A stretch of DNA of 64,000 bases from the human T2T-CHM13v2.0 reference genome, Homo sapiens. Position 1 is the stretch's first letter; every line of letters begins with the position of its first letter. The DNA is taken from the NCBI RefSeq assembly GCF_009914755.1, contig NC_060928.1; one strand, 5' to 3'. Shown piece after piece: positions 17,120-31,006 of the stretch. Made by a program: the position numbers and the translations under genes. The notes below the pieces were generated by a model. The model did not search any database. It worked only from the letters and a program-made list of their open reading frames with translations, and was not told where the DNA came from.

Positions 17120-20100
17120 CATGTAGAAAGTGACCGACTTGCCTGGTAATCCAGGAAATTCTCCCTTATTTCCACAAGTCTGCCAGGGTCATTTATCTAG
17201 AAGGCTGCAACAGTTGCAGTATTGCTGGGCTTATGGCACCCCCCTAGTGCTGAAATGGCTGCAGTGAGCACAGACACAGGTTGCAAAACTCCTTTGAATT
17301 CCTGGAAAGCCCTCTCAAGAAGGATGAGTACAAACAGGTCCAGACTGTGAAGAATGGAATAAATACCTAAATCTTTAATGCTCAGACATGGATAAATGTC
17401 CAAAAGCATCAGAAACATCCAGGAAAACATGACATCAACAAACAGACTAAATAAGGCACCAGTGACCAATTCTGGAGTGATGGAGATATGTGACCTCTCA
17501 GACATGGAATTTAAAACAGCTGTCTTCAGGAAGCTCAATGAATTCAACATAACACCTGAGAAGAAATTCAGAATTCTGTTAGAGAAATTTAACAAAGAGA
17601 TTGACATTCTTTTAAAAATCAAGCAAAAATTCTGGAGCTGAAAAATTTGATTGACAAACCGAAAAATGTATCAGTCTCTCAACAGCAGAATTGATCCAGC
17701 AGAAGCAAGAATTAGTGAGCTTGAAGACAGGTATATAAAAATACACAGCCAGAAAAGGAAAAATAAAAAAGAATAAAAAAGAATGAAGTATGCCTACAAG
17801 ACATAGAAAATAGCCTCAAAAGGGCAAATCAAATCTAAGAGTTATCGGCCTTAAGAGGCTGTAGAGAAAGAAATCAGGGTAGAATGTTTATTCAAAGAAA
17901 TAATAATAAAGAACTTTCCAATTCTAGAGAGAAATATTAATATCCAGGTAGAAGAAGGTCAAAGAACACCAAGCAGATTGACCCTAAATAAGACTACTCC
18001 AAGACATATAATAATCCAACTCTCAAAGGTCAAGGAAAAAGAAAGGATGCTAAAAACAGCAAGAGAAAAGAGGCAAATAACATATAAATGATCCCTGATA
18101 TGTCTGGCAGCAGACTTCTCCATGAAAACGTTACAGGCCAGGAGGGAGTGGGATGACATATTCAAAATGCTGAAGGAAAAAATATTTCAACCTGTAATAC
18201 TATATACAGCAAAATTATCTTTCAAACATGAAGAACAAATAATGTTGTAAATGTAAGTACACAAATACAGAATACTCTAATAATGTAAACCACTCATATC
18301 TTCAGTAGAATGAATATACAAATCTATTAAAAATAATAGATTAAATCTAATAAAAATAATAACTACAACAATTTGATAATAGACAATATAATAAGATATA
18401 GAGACAACAAAAAGTCAAAATGTGAAATGAATGAATTTAAAGCATGAGATTTTTAGTTTTTTCCTTGCGTGTTTTTTTCTTTGTGATTAAAGTTTTCATC
18501 GTTTTAAAATAATTGGTTATAAGATGTTATTTGCAAGCCTCATGCTAAACACAAAGCAAAAATCTATAACACAGACACAAAAAGTAAAAAGCAAGAAATT
18601 AAAAGATACTGTGAGAGAAAAATTACTTATAAACAAAAGAAAACAGAAAGAAAATAAAAAAGACAGGACCAACAAAACTACCAGAAAACACATAATAAAA
18701 AAAGCAGTAGTAAGTGCTTACCTATAAATAATAACACTGAATGTAAATGGACCAAATTCTCCAATCAAAAGACAAAGTGGCTAAGTAGATTTTTTAAAAC
18801 AAGACCCAACAATATGCTGCCTACAAAAAACTCAATTCACCTATAAAAACACACATAGACTGAAAATGAAGGGATGGAAAAAGATATTCTATGCAAATGT
18901 AAATGAATAAAGAGCAGGAGTAACTATACTTTTATCAGTTAAACAGATTTCAAGATAAAAATGGTAGAAAGAGACAAAGAAGGTCATTATATAAGGATAA
19001 AGGAGTCAATTCAGCAAGAGAATATAGCAATTGTCTATGTATATGCACTCAATGCAGCATCCAGATATATTAAGCAAATATTATTAGAGCTAAAGAGAGA
19101 GAGAGACCCAATACAATAATAGCTGGTGACTTCAACACCCTACTTTCAGCAGTGAACACATCATCCAGACAGAAATCCAACAAAGAAATATCAATCTGCA
19201 CTATAGACCAAATGGACCTAATAGACATCTACAGAACATTTCATTCAACAGCCGCAGAACATACCTTCTTCTCCTCAGCAATGGAACATTTTGAAGAATA
19301 GACCATGTGGTAGGCCACAAACAAATCTCAAACAATTTAAAAAAATGAAATCATATGAATTATCTTTTCTGACCACAATGGAATAAAACTAGAAATGAAT
19401 AAAAAGAGGAACTTGGAAACTAGACAAACACATGGAAAGTAAACAATATGCTCCCGAACAACCACTGGGTCAATGAAGAAATTAAGAAGGAAACTGAAAA
19501 ATTTCTTGAAACAAATGAAAATGAAAACACAACATACCAGTACCTGTGACATACAACAAAAGCACCACTAAGAGGGAAGTTTATAGCAATAAACACCTAA
19601 ATCAAACAAGGAGAAAAACTTCAAATAAATAACCTAACAATGAATCGTAAAGAACTAAAAAAGCAAGAGCACACCAAACACAAAATTAATAGAGGAAAAG
19701 AAAAGATAAAGATCAAAGCAGAAACAAATAAAATAGAGACTAAAAAGTACAAAAGATCAACAAAACAAAAAGTTGGTTCTTTTGAGAAGATAAACAAAAT
19801 TAACAAAACCTTTAGCTAAACTAAGAAAAAAAGAGAGAAGACCAAAATAAGAGACAAAAAGGTTACATTACCACTGAAATCATAGAAATCTGAAGGATTA
19901 TTAGAGATATTACAAGCAACTCTATGCCAATAAATTGGAAAACCTAGAAGAAATGGATTAATTCCTGGATACATACAACCTACCAAGATTAAACCATGAA
20001 GAAATAAAAAACCTGAATAGACCAAACACAAAGAATGAGATCAAAGCTGTAAGACAATGTCTCCCATCACAGAAAAGCTCAGGACCTGATGACTTCACTG

Positions 20101-20650
20101 ATGAATTTTATCAAACATGAAAAGAACTAAGACCCATCCTACTCAAACTATTCCGAAAAATTGAGGAGGAAGAATAGATTTGCAGAATATGGATAGAAAT
20201 GGAAGACATTATGATAAGTGAAATAAGCCAAGTGCAGAACAACAAATGTTGCATGTTTTCTGACTCATGTTGGGGCTATAAAAAATTGAATTCATGGAGA
20301 TAGCAGAGTGATGGTTCCCAGAGGCAGGAAAAGCAGTGAAGAGGAAGGAATAAAGAGGGATTGGTTAACAGGTGCAAAAATACAGTTATCTTATTTCTTC
20401 TAAGACCTAGCGTTCAGTAGCACAATAGGGCAACTATAGCTAGAAATAATTTATTGTATATTTCAAAATAACTAAAAGAGTAAAATTGGGATGTTCCTAA
20501 CACAAAGCAATGAAAAATACTTGGAATGATGGGTATCCCAATTACCCTGATTTGATCATTACACATTGTATGCTTGTAAAAAAAAATCATATGTACCCCA
20601 TAAATATATACAACCACTACATATCTATAAAAGTTAAAAATAAAAAAATT
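17120..20650 (+). mobile_element. Old L1 (L1MA3/4-like 3' end) with ORF1 and endonuclease remnants and a large internal deletion
   Basis: ORF1-like (EICDLSDMEFKTAVFRKLNE) and EN-like ('ggtgacttcaacaccc', 'tctgaccacaatggaataaaactagaa') segments. The sequence jumps at ~20177 to the ORF2 end, then an L1MA-type 3' UTR ('attaccctgatttgatcattacacattgtatgc'). Confidence 0.85.
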
Positions 20651-21527
20651 TACCAATACACAGAAGCCCCTTCCATTTCCTTTTTAATGCTGCTCTCATC
20701 AGAGAGTATCTAGTGAGACAGACCACCCAAAAAGCAGACTGCCAATCCTGAACAGCAATTTAAATCATGAGGTCCATGAACTGATCAAAGTATCAAAGAA
20801 ATCTGAAATTCTACTGCTGATTATTATATGTTATATATTATGACCACATAAGACTCAGTAAGTATAGAAAATACAGAGTTGTACAAAAAAGTTATTGTTT
20901 ATATTAATTAAATCTTTTGTACTCCTATAAGGCACAAAGCAAAACACCACCTTTTATTTATATAAACACTGAATATAATTAGTAATACTACAAATATTTG
21001 CTTTCTTTTTGTCAAGTATCTATATTTGCATTTGCATTTAAAATTTTTATCTGGATACTTAACTTTCTAAGATTCAGTAAAAATCACATAGATACTACAT
21101 CAGAGTATTATTTTAGTACAGCATGGTTGATAGTAGCTGACTTTATGACTGCACTGTACATTAAAGTTTACCTCTACTTAAAGCACAGTTAACTGCAGTT
21201 TTGGCATTAAATAATTAAATTCAGGCTTAGAGGTTTAATTAGTTAGAATTGTCTTACTGTTAATAAACAATGCTTCAATATTACTACACTTAATGGTAAA
21301 GAAAGGGATTGATGTTTACCAAGTTAATACTTGAAAGTTCTGCTTAGGCTTTATAAGATAGACAGGTATGTATTTACTGTTCCTCAATATTTAGCAATTT
21401 TACTTAAATGAAGCAATGTAGTAGGTACTCAAATACTGGAGACAAACAGGTCTATTTGAGTCTTGGATTATTTTCTACTAGCCAAGAGGACTTGGACAAG
21501 TTACTTAATGTCCTTTGTCCTCTTCAG

Positions 21528-21878
21528 CAGGGGTCCCCAAGCCCTGGGCAGTGGACCAACCAGTCTGTGGCCTGTTAGGAACCCGGCCGCACTGCAGGAG
21601 GTGAGTGGTAGGCCAGTGAGCATTACTGCCTGAGCTCCGCCTCCTGTTTTATCAGCTGCAGCATTACATTCTCATAGGAGCACAAACCCTCTTGTGAACT
21701 GCACATGTGAGAGATCTAGGTTGTGTGCTCCTTATGAGAATCTAATGCCTGATGATCTGAGGTAAAACAGTTTCATCTCAAAACCCATCTGCATTCCCTA
21801 CCCACCAGCCTCACCCCATGGAAAAATTAGCTTCTACAAAACCGGTCTAACTGGTGCCAAAAAGGTTGGGAACCACTG
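21528..21878 (+). mobile_element. MER1B-like hAT-Charlie element, complete
   Basis: TIRs caggggtccccaa.../...ttgggaaccactg, with a perfect 8-bp TSD ctcttcag at 21520-21527 and 21879-21886. Confidence 0.9.
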
Positions 21879-21902
21879 CTCTTCAGTAAAAGTCAGATAA
21901 TA

Positions 21903-22203
21903 CAGTTTTACATCTCTTATCCAAAAATCCTGAGGCCAGATGGGTTTCAAATTTTTCTGATTTTTTAAAAGGTATATGTATTATGTAACCATCCCAGTGG
22001 GATCTGAGGAAGCACTCCATAATCAAACACCTTACATTCTGTAGCAGGACATATTAATATTCATACTTAATGAGACAAATACATAATAAAAACAGCCTTA
22101 TGTCATTTCAGGTCAGATATTGCCCTGACCCAAACACTTGCAGTTTTTCTCTAGTCTTCCAGATTTTTTCAGTTTTTGAATGTGGAAAGGAGTAGAAGAC
22201 CTG
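21903..22203. mobile_element. TcMar-Tigger family MITE (MER46C-like)
   Basis: Starts after TA with 'cagttttacatctcttatccaaaaatcctgaggccagatg' and ends 'gtggaaaggagtagaagacctg' (degenerate inverted termini). Confidence 0.55.
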
Positions 22204-22996
22204 TCATGTCTACTTCTTGGGGTTGCTGTAAATATCAAATGATAAAATGCATGTGGAGTACACAGCCATACTAAGCCATACTTAGCTGCCAATGTTTTCT
22301 TGGTCATCGACATTATTATACTTTTGAAAGACTAGAAAATACATAAAGTTGTTAAAAGTGATGGCTGCTCACTGATGAAATTCTAAGTAAATTTTATCTT
22401 GTCTATAATTTCTATATTTTATAAATTTGATGTAATAGACATTTACTATTTTTATAATAAAACAGCTTTATTGAACTTAAAAAAGTATTTATTTTCCCTT
22501 CATTTGGAAATATTTACTTTAAGTCACTGCAGCTCCTTACAGATCCTTTTCTTGGTCTTGCCTTTTCCTTTATCACACAAACAAAAATTATTCTGAGTTT
22601 TCTGCTTTGAAAATGTTCTTGGGTTATACACTCATTAGGGGCAAAGAAACTTCTATTCCAATTCAGATTTTTTTTTCTTCTGCCCAAGCAATAAGCAAGT
22701 TTTTTGTTTTTTTGTTTTTTTTTGTTTTTGTTTTTGCCATTCATCATGGTTTGGCTCATCTACAAGGCATTTCTTCAGCTCACAAGTTACTAGAATAATG
22801 TATAGATTTGTGAGCTGTTAGATATCATAACAGTAAGATATCAAGATGAATACCAAAATTCTCACATTAGTTCTTCTAACACAGATAGTCTCTGCTTTCA
22901 AGTAGTATGTTAAAATTGTAACTAAAACCCAGAGCCCAAAACAACAAAAGGAAACAAAAAAATCTCTGTTGAGGCTTTACCTATTATTGTCCAGTG

Positions 22997-23190
22997 CAGT
23001 GCTGTCCAATAGAACTTTCTGTAATGACATGTTCTATTATATTCAGTGTTCCATACAAAAGCCACTAGCCACATGTAGCTATTAAGCACTTGAAAGGTGG
23101 CTAGTGCAACTAAGGAATGAAATTCTAAATTTTATTTAATTTTTTAATTAATTTAAATTTAAATTTAATTAGCCACATGTGGCTACTTAT
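22997..23190. mobile_element. MER3-like hAT-Charlie MITE
   Basis: 'cagtgctgtccaatagaactttctg...gccactagccacatgtagctattaagcacttgaaa...agccacatgtggcta'. Confidence 0.8.
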
Positions 23191-24854
23191 AAATGTATTA
23201 GAGAGTATAGGTTCACAAAACCCCAATTGTTTATGCAGTCCTTTTCAATGGAGACACTGAATGCCAGTTCTATTTTTAAACTATCTGTAATGTTTTCCAT
23301 GTAGTGAAATTTAAGAGGTCTTTTCTAACAACCTTGCTTGAAAAGAATCATTTAAAATATAAATTGTGAGATCTCCCGAGAATTAAAGTTTCTGCTTCAT
23401 TTTTCTATGTGTTGGGTATTGACTTAAGAACTCATTGCTTTATCCAACATTTGTGCTTCTGTTTATTCAGTAGTTATTTATACTCTTCTACCAACCCTAC
23501 CTTACCAGTATGTCTAATAAATAAATATTCACAAAGTGACTTCAGGCAAACATTAAAAACAAAACAAACAACAATAAAACAATGAATAGTTGATAACAAA
23601 TGAGCCTTCAATCAAATAACAATAGCAAGTGACAAAGGCAATTTTAAAACTATCACAGTCAAAAACACTCCTTTAAATTCCACCTCAGGACACTGACCCT
23701 CTTGCCCAGTCCTAAAAACTTTCCTTAAGTTTTGGAACAATCCCGAAAGCTCTGTTTCAGCATTCATTATAATGCAGCTCAGAATTAACACTGCCAGGCT
23801 CCTTTCTAATCAATTATGCATTCAGATGTCCAGCATTTCTTTGGGGCCCCTTACCTTGACACCAGAATTGTTTAAGAGATGACACATGCATGTGTACTTT
23901 TTAGAATAAAAAGAGGACTTTAAGCAGGTTTTAACACTAAATGAGAACAAGGGTAAGAGCAGAGAAATCAACCCTTTCAGTCAAGGTTGGGCTTCCGGCA
24001 AGCTGCAGGCAGTACACAGCATGAGAGTATCTGGCTGCAGAAAATGCCCATGTGTTGACAGCTGAATAAGAGTTTGAAAGCTTAACAGTACAAATGTTCT
24101 CTCCATGGTACTGTTACATAGCTTTTCTTAACCAGACTGCCAAAAATCTCCAAAGCTGTTGACAACTAATCACATGAAACTAATTCATTCTTGGCTTTGA
24201 CATTAAATTAGCAAGTTATTATTTTTACGTAGGTAGTAACCCTGCACTGATTTGATTAACTGCAGAAAACAAAGGAACATTTTGTCCAGCCTAAAACTTT
24301 AAATAAGAAAGACTTAAAAACCATAAAAGAATACAACTTGTGCCCCTTCCTTCCTTCCTGAACAAACCCACTAGCTATTAAATTGGCTTTGAGTAACATA
24401 TTTTTATCAAGTGTATATTCAATTTCTGTCACAAGTGAAAGTTCTCCAAATGGACAGTTTCCCTAGAAATATAAATATTCAAAATAACCTGGGAAAAAAA
24501 TGATAATTCGTAAAAGACAACTCCTACTAGTTAGTGTCTAGAGTCACATGTAAAAACAAAGACACTATAGTCTATGAAAGTGCTTTTGGTATTAACATTC
24601 GGTGTTTAGGAACTTTAAAGTTTTCCTAGGCATCTCAGTTTTAAGTAAATAATGACAAATTATTTTGAGAGCTACCCAGCCTGTATTAATCTTCCTTTTT
24701 ACTTGATGACCTACAACACCTATCAGGGGCACTTATTCAGTTACTTACTAGTCTGTCTTCTATTATAACTTCCTATTCATGATTAGTATCACAAAAATGA
24801 GAAAGCAAGCCACTGAGGACAGGGGCTACATCTCTTGTATATTCCTCCAGCAGG

Positions 24855-25105
24855 TATAAGGAGTATGGACCCTGGAGCCAGACACCCTGGGTTCAAATCT
24901 TGCTCTACCACTTAACCATCTGTGTGACCCTAAACATGTTATCTAACCTCTCTGAGCCTCAGCTTCCTCAGTAAAACAGTGATAACAACAGCTTCTCCAC
25001 AAGTTAGTGTTATTGTGAGGATTAAATAAATTTATACATATTAATTGCATTCTACAGAATCTGGCATTTAGTAAACACTCAGGAACTATTGGTTAACATT
25101 ATCAT
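24855..25105 (+). mobile_element. MIR SINE, near full length
   Basis: 'ctggagccagac...gggttcaaatcttgctctaccactt...tgtgtgacc...aacctctctgagcctcagcttcctca'. Confidence 0.85.
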
Positions 25106-27289
25106 TAGTCTTTTTGGACAAATATATGTAAACATAAAACATCTTCATTTTTAAATATCAGAGGTCAAGGCAAATAGAAGCAAACACGCTGATAAAACAG
25201 ATGGATTATCTCCCTTTGAATATTTCTTTACTGGTGATATTGACTGGTAGATCCTACTATCATAAATGATGATTCAGTGAACTTTCACCTTGTGATTCCT
25301 TTAACATGAGGGATCTCCAGCAGACAAATGACGCTTACTCCTAAGGCCTGATTACTGATAGAACATAAAATGAGTAATGTTAGAGGCCTTATCTTTGTTA
25401 TTACAGCGAATGCTTTATTCCATAACATAGCCTAGGAATCCCAATATTAACATATCTCATAGCAATCAATCATATTCAATTTTGATTTTCACATCTTTGA
25501 TAAATATCAAATGATACTATAAGCATAAAACTTAATTGTACAGACTGCTGATGTGGACAATAATGCCATTAGTGGGCCCACAAAGCTAAATCAGCAGTAT
25601 CACATCTGAAAATAAAAAACCTTGGAATTCTGCAGAAAAAGAGTTAACCTACCAATTTAAACAAGATAAAAACACTAAAAATAATTTGCAAAACAATTTT
25701 CTTTATGCATTCAATAAATATATGTCAGAATAAACAAAAATCACAGAAGCTGAAAGTAAAAAAAAATCAATTAAAATAAAGTCAGAGGGCATGATAGAGA
25801 ATTATTTCTGGCAGTTATTTGATATAATATGGTTAATATTTCTAGTCAGTCAAATTAACACAATTTTGCCACTGTAGATTTACAGTCACAAAATGCATGC
25901 TCCCAAGAGGCTTGTTGTTCCAAGAATCAGAGTAACAAATTCCTTTCTGGCATAGAACAACTTGACCATTCTCTTCGGAACACAAGTAATAAAAAAAATC
26001 CTTCAGAAGAAAAATTAATTGACTATACATTCTCATTTGGCCATCTTTCTCTCCTTGATTTCTCCTTCAAAGTCCTTGGATAGAAACCAGTCCTTTTATC
26101 GCTCCATTTGTATCAAGAGATATGCTTTTCTTTCTTATCGGTCTGCCTATTCATATCATGTGTACTCTGCCATGTTATTGATTGAAAGAAGCTCAGGCAA
26201 GGTGGTGTCAGCTTATATTCCTAAAGGGAGTCCCCTGAGCAGATTGGGGAGGCACTTAAGGTCAAATCAGATTGTCTGTGTTCCTACGCTAAACTTCAGG
26301 GCACAAAGAAGAATATAGAGTTCTCAAGCATGCAAAACAAATACCGGCATTCAGCCTTTTTTAATCTTCCCCCACAGCGCTCAGAGGTACTTTTCATAGA
26401 AGAAAATTTGGCTCAGTAAAAATAAAAATTATTTTAAACCACTCTTCTTACTTTCTTTGTCTCTCTTATTTATGTTTCCGAAATGTCTACTCCAAAAAGA
26501 GAAATCATAAGGCAAATAAAGTCACTAAATCACATCATGACTAGAGAGTGAAGATCTAGTAATTACCCTCAGAGTTTAATTTGGCATTTTCCTGATGACT
26601 TGAGATATAATCTGTACACTATGAAGAAGGAGAAAGTAAAGTTAACCCCATTTGCAAAGTGTGTGCTTAGCAGCACCATAAAAATTCCCCAGATCTGGTT
26701 TATGGAAGAACCTCAGAATTGAGTCATCAAACACTTTTCAGAGCACGTATTATATGTACAGCACTTTTTCTAGAACTAGGGCTTCAAAGATAGATATGCT
26801 TCTTGCCCACAGGGAATTCACAACTCATTATCTTACAATGTGATATGTACTCTGATATGACAGAACCATGTGTCATGGCATAAAAATCTTGGGAGCTAGA
26901 TAGATTAGGGTTCAAATCTGCTTTCACCAGATATCGGGGGTACCAGCAAAAGGCATCCACCTTCTTGTACTTCATTTTACTTGCATTATAACATAGACAC
27001 AATGTTATTTACCTTACAGGGCGCCTGCCCTTGTTAGATGGTTAATAATTATTCGTTTGCTTGTTTGCTTTCTTCCTTGTATACAAAGTCAAGAACAATT
27101 AATCTCATCTAAAGGCAGTGAAGATGATGAGAGAGGGGGCCAAATAAATGGTAGAGTTGATGCTGGGCCTTGTGGAACAAGTAGGATTTTAGTAGAGAAG
27201 AATGAAAACCAAGGGATTCTTAGAAGGGTGGCATCATGAGAAAAGGAACGGAGTTCTAAAAAGTACGCGATGTGTTTAGAGAAAGCAGA

Positions 27290-27520
27290 ACAAAGTGGCT
27301 AAGGACATAATTTCAGAGTTAGCCTGCCAGAGCTGGCATCATGGTTCTGCTGCCTCCTAGGAGTGACCTGGGGTGAATAAACTGCCTACCTGGTGCTTCT
27401 CTTCTTGTGTTTTGTCCACATAATAGTACTTACATCACAGCATGTATTGAGGATTAAATGGAGATTTTTAATATGTATAAAAACAGGGCCTCACTTGTAA
27501 TAAGTATTATTGCTACTATT
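27290..27520 (+). mobile_element. MIR relic
   Basis: 'gtgacctgggg...ataatagtacttacatcacag...tattgaggattaaatg'. Confidence 0.5.
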
Positions 27521-27754
27521 GTCAGAGCCATTATTAATAGAGACCTATAGACCTATTATTATTATTAGAGAAGTCCAGATGGTTGGGGATGGCTCAAGCA
27601 TAAGGAAATGAAGTAAGTATGGGTTATCAGAATGGTATTTCTCATTCTACCATTTGACTCCCAGTCATCTTAGTATCCCGGAAGCAATGTTTTATGTCAA
27701 ATGGGTGAATGGGTTACTTCTATCTGGATGTTCTCTGTCTCTTCCTATTACTAA

Positions 27755-28225
27755 ATATATGCATCAGAATCCCTTAGGGAATCTGATAAAAATCAGGACT
27801 TCCTGGGCCTAAACCTAGAGACTCTTATTCATTTAAGGCAGAGCTGAGAAAACTGTTTTTTAGCACAGTTACAAAGCTGGCTGGGTGCAGTAGCTTTTGT
27901 CCATAATTCTAGCACTCTGGGAGGCTGAGGTGGGCAGATTGCTTGAGCTCAGGAGTTCAAGACCAGCCTGGGCAACATGGAGACACCCCATCTCTACAAA
28001 AAATACAAAAATCAGCTGGACATGGTGGCATACACCTTTAGTCCAAGCTACTCAGGAGGCTGAGGTGGCAGGAACACTTGAGCCTGGGTAGTCAAGGCTA
28101 CAGTGAGCTGCAATTGCACCACTGAACTCCAGCCTGAGTGACAGAGGGAAACCCTGTTTCAAAAAAAAAAAAAAAAAAATGCTTCCCAAGTGATTCTGAT
28201 GAACAGCCCAATTTAAAGACCTTTG
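27755..28225. mobile_element. MER5-type hAT MITE interrupted by an Alu
   Basis: 'tgcatcagaatc...ctagagactc' before the Alu and 'ttcccaagtgattctgatg' after it. Confidence 0.6.
27879..28179 (+). mobile_element. Alu (AluJ-like)
   Basis: Dimeric Alu with 'gcttgagctcaggagttc' and 'aaggctacagtgagc', A19 tail. Confidence 0.93.
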
Positions 28226-28896
28226 TTCTAGCCTTCTCAGAAGTCAGGTCAATATGTTTTACTCATATTGCCCACTAAGTAAAATAATACTTAGCTTATC
28301 TAATAATAACAGATTCATAAAATCACTAGCCTCCTTTCTATTTTTAATTTAAACAAAACACTAATTCATTTAAATAAGGCATTAATAAGATTATGTTTTC
28401 CTTCTTAATGAGTTACTGAAATATTTTGCAAAGAGAATGGCATAAAGGAGCAGGGAATGGCAGAATGGCAGAGAAGCATGTTAACTTAATGTTTCATCAA
28501 ATATTAAAAAAGTAACATTTTTTGGATTAAATAAGTTGTTTAGCCATTATTTATTCTCAGTTACATTTAGCAATATAAATTATGAAATAATAAATCCAAG
28601 TAAATCATCCAGGTTTCAACATTATTACTACTAGGACAATTTAAATTTTGATTTGCTAGAATCCATTTGTTCTTCAATAGGTCTGTCTTGAAGAATATCA
28701 ATCAGCCACATCAGAGAGCCCTATTTGCTTCACAAAATAATGGTTTATTTCATTAAAATCATTTGTAGCTTCTTAGTGCACCTAAGGGTTTGTTGATCAT
28801 TATTCTACAGAAAGGCCTGAAGAAAGAACATTTTAAAGCAAAAGGCTGATTACAAGTACAAATAAACATCTCTGAAGTTATAATAGAAATAATTTT

Positions 28897-29198
28897 GGCC
28901 AGGCACAGAGGCTCATGCCTATAATCCCAGTACTTTGAGAGGCTGAGGTGAGAGGGTTGCTTGAGCTCAGGATTTTAAGATCAGCCTGGGCAACATGGCA
29001 AGACCTCATCTCTACTAAAAATCAAAAAAATTAGCCAGGACTGGTGAAACACACCTGTAGTCCCAGCTACTCAAGTGGCTGAGGTGGGACGATAGCTTGA
29101 GCCCAGGAGATGGAGGCTGCAGTGAACTATAATTGCACCACTACACTCCAACCTAGGCGAGATAGCAAGACCCTGTCTCAAAAAAAAAAAAAAAAAAA
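28897..29198 (+). mobile_element. Alu (AluJ-like)
   Basis: ggccaggcac...gcttgagcccagg...ggctgcagtg...gaccctgtctc followed by a poly(A) tail. Confidence 0.93.
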
Positions 29199-29366
29199 TG
29201 TGATAACAAATAAATACAAGGGCCAGGCAAAATTCAAGGGCTGGCAATGTATGCACAGGGATCAGGTCAAAAAGCACCATAGTAAAAGCTTAGATTTATC
29301 CTGAGAGACATGAGACGTGAAAGAGGGTTTTAATGGTGAAATGTACGTTATAAAAATGTTTAATAC

Positions 29367-29548
29367 TGTAGTTTTCAACTTTCAGTACACATTAGAATCA
29401 TGCAAGGAGATTTTTAAAAATACTAATATCCAAACTTTCATCCACCAGAATCTTAATTTAATCAGTCTGGAGTGGGGCCCACATATGAATGATTTTTTTT
29501 AAACCACCCAAGTTATTTTAATATACAACCAAGGTTGAGAACCACTGC
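29367..29548. mobile_element. MER5A-like hAT MITE
   Basis: 'gtagttttcaactt...acattagaatca...aaggttgagaaccactg'. Confidence 0.7.
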
Positions 29549-29789
29549 TCAGATTTGGATGCCAGGAGACAGGCAAAGGCTATAAGAGATGATGGCTAAG
29601 CTAGGGTTCTGGTGATGGAGATGAGGAAATGTGGATAAATTCGACAGATATTCAAGTGGTTTTAATAAAATAAACAGTATGTACAGATTGGTTACCTATG
29701 GAGCATACAGGAAATACATGAAGCAAAAACTGCCATCAGGTTCCTCCTAGGAAAATGGGCAAACTGGAGTGCTATTCATTGGCCTCAGA

Positions 29790-29990
29790 TTGGAAGAGAC
29801 CTGGGTTTGGATCTGCTTCTCCATTTTCTATTTTGAGGCTTTGGGTAAATTATTTAATCTCTTTGAACTCTATACAAAATGGAAACAATAATACCTCACA
29901 GCGTTTTGTCGAGATTACATGAGATGACACATATAAGGGATCTAGCACAGGGCCTATTATATAACAGATGCTCAATGAATGTTTTCCCCT
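29790..29990 (+). mobile_element. MIR relic
   Basis: 'agacctgggtttg...ctttgggtaaattatttaatctct...aaaatggaaacaataatacctcacag'. Confidence 0.65.
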
Positions 29991-29999
29991 CCCATCTTA

Positions 30000-30303
<304 letters not shown>

Positions 30304-30324
30304 TATATACATATATATATATAT

Positions 30325-30381
<57 letters not shown>
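30304..30381. repeat. Compound (TA)n(CA)n(TA)n microsatellite in an Alu tail
   Basis: Read directly, with about 20 CA units flanked by TA runs. Confidence 0.95.
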
Positions 30382-30382
<1 letters not shown>

Positions 30383-30632
30383 TTTCTGGATGTGACCACT
30401 ATGGAAAGTAAGGGTTATTCGTTTAGATTCCTAAAGAAACTGTGCTAACATTACTTCAATACGTGAAATTACTTTAACATAGTATTTAACAAATGCTATG
30501 ATTTTCTCAGAAGATGCATGACATTTAAAAAGATACATTGGATGTAAAAAGTACTGTATTATCATTTCTAGAGATGCAGAGTCACTGAGAGAGACCATCT
30601 GTTTCTAATATTGTTAAATTATCTCAAAAACC

Positions 30633-31006
<374 letters not shown>

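Larger units (their letters stand above)
21410..22290 (+). mobile_element. MIR split by two DNA transposons
   Basis: 'cttggacaagttacttaa' at ~21490, which resumes as 'ctacttcttggggttgctgtaaatatcaaatgataa' at ~22210. Confidence 0.6.

Noticed and set aside
23845-23900. Minus-strand donor AAG|gtaagg at ~23853 as a possible micro-exon
   Set aside because: The upstream acceptor is weak (ttattctaaaaag) and there is no recognisable peptide.
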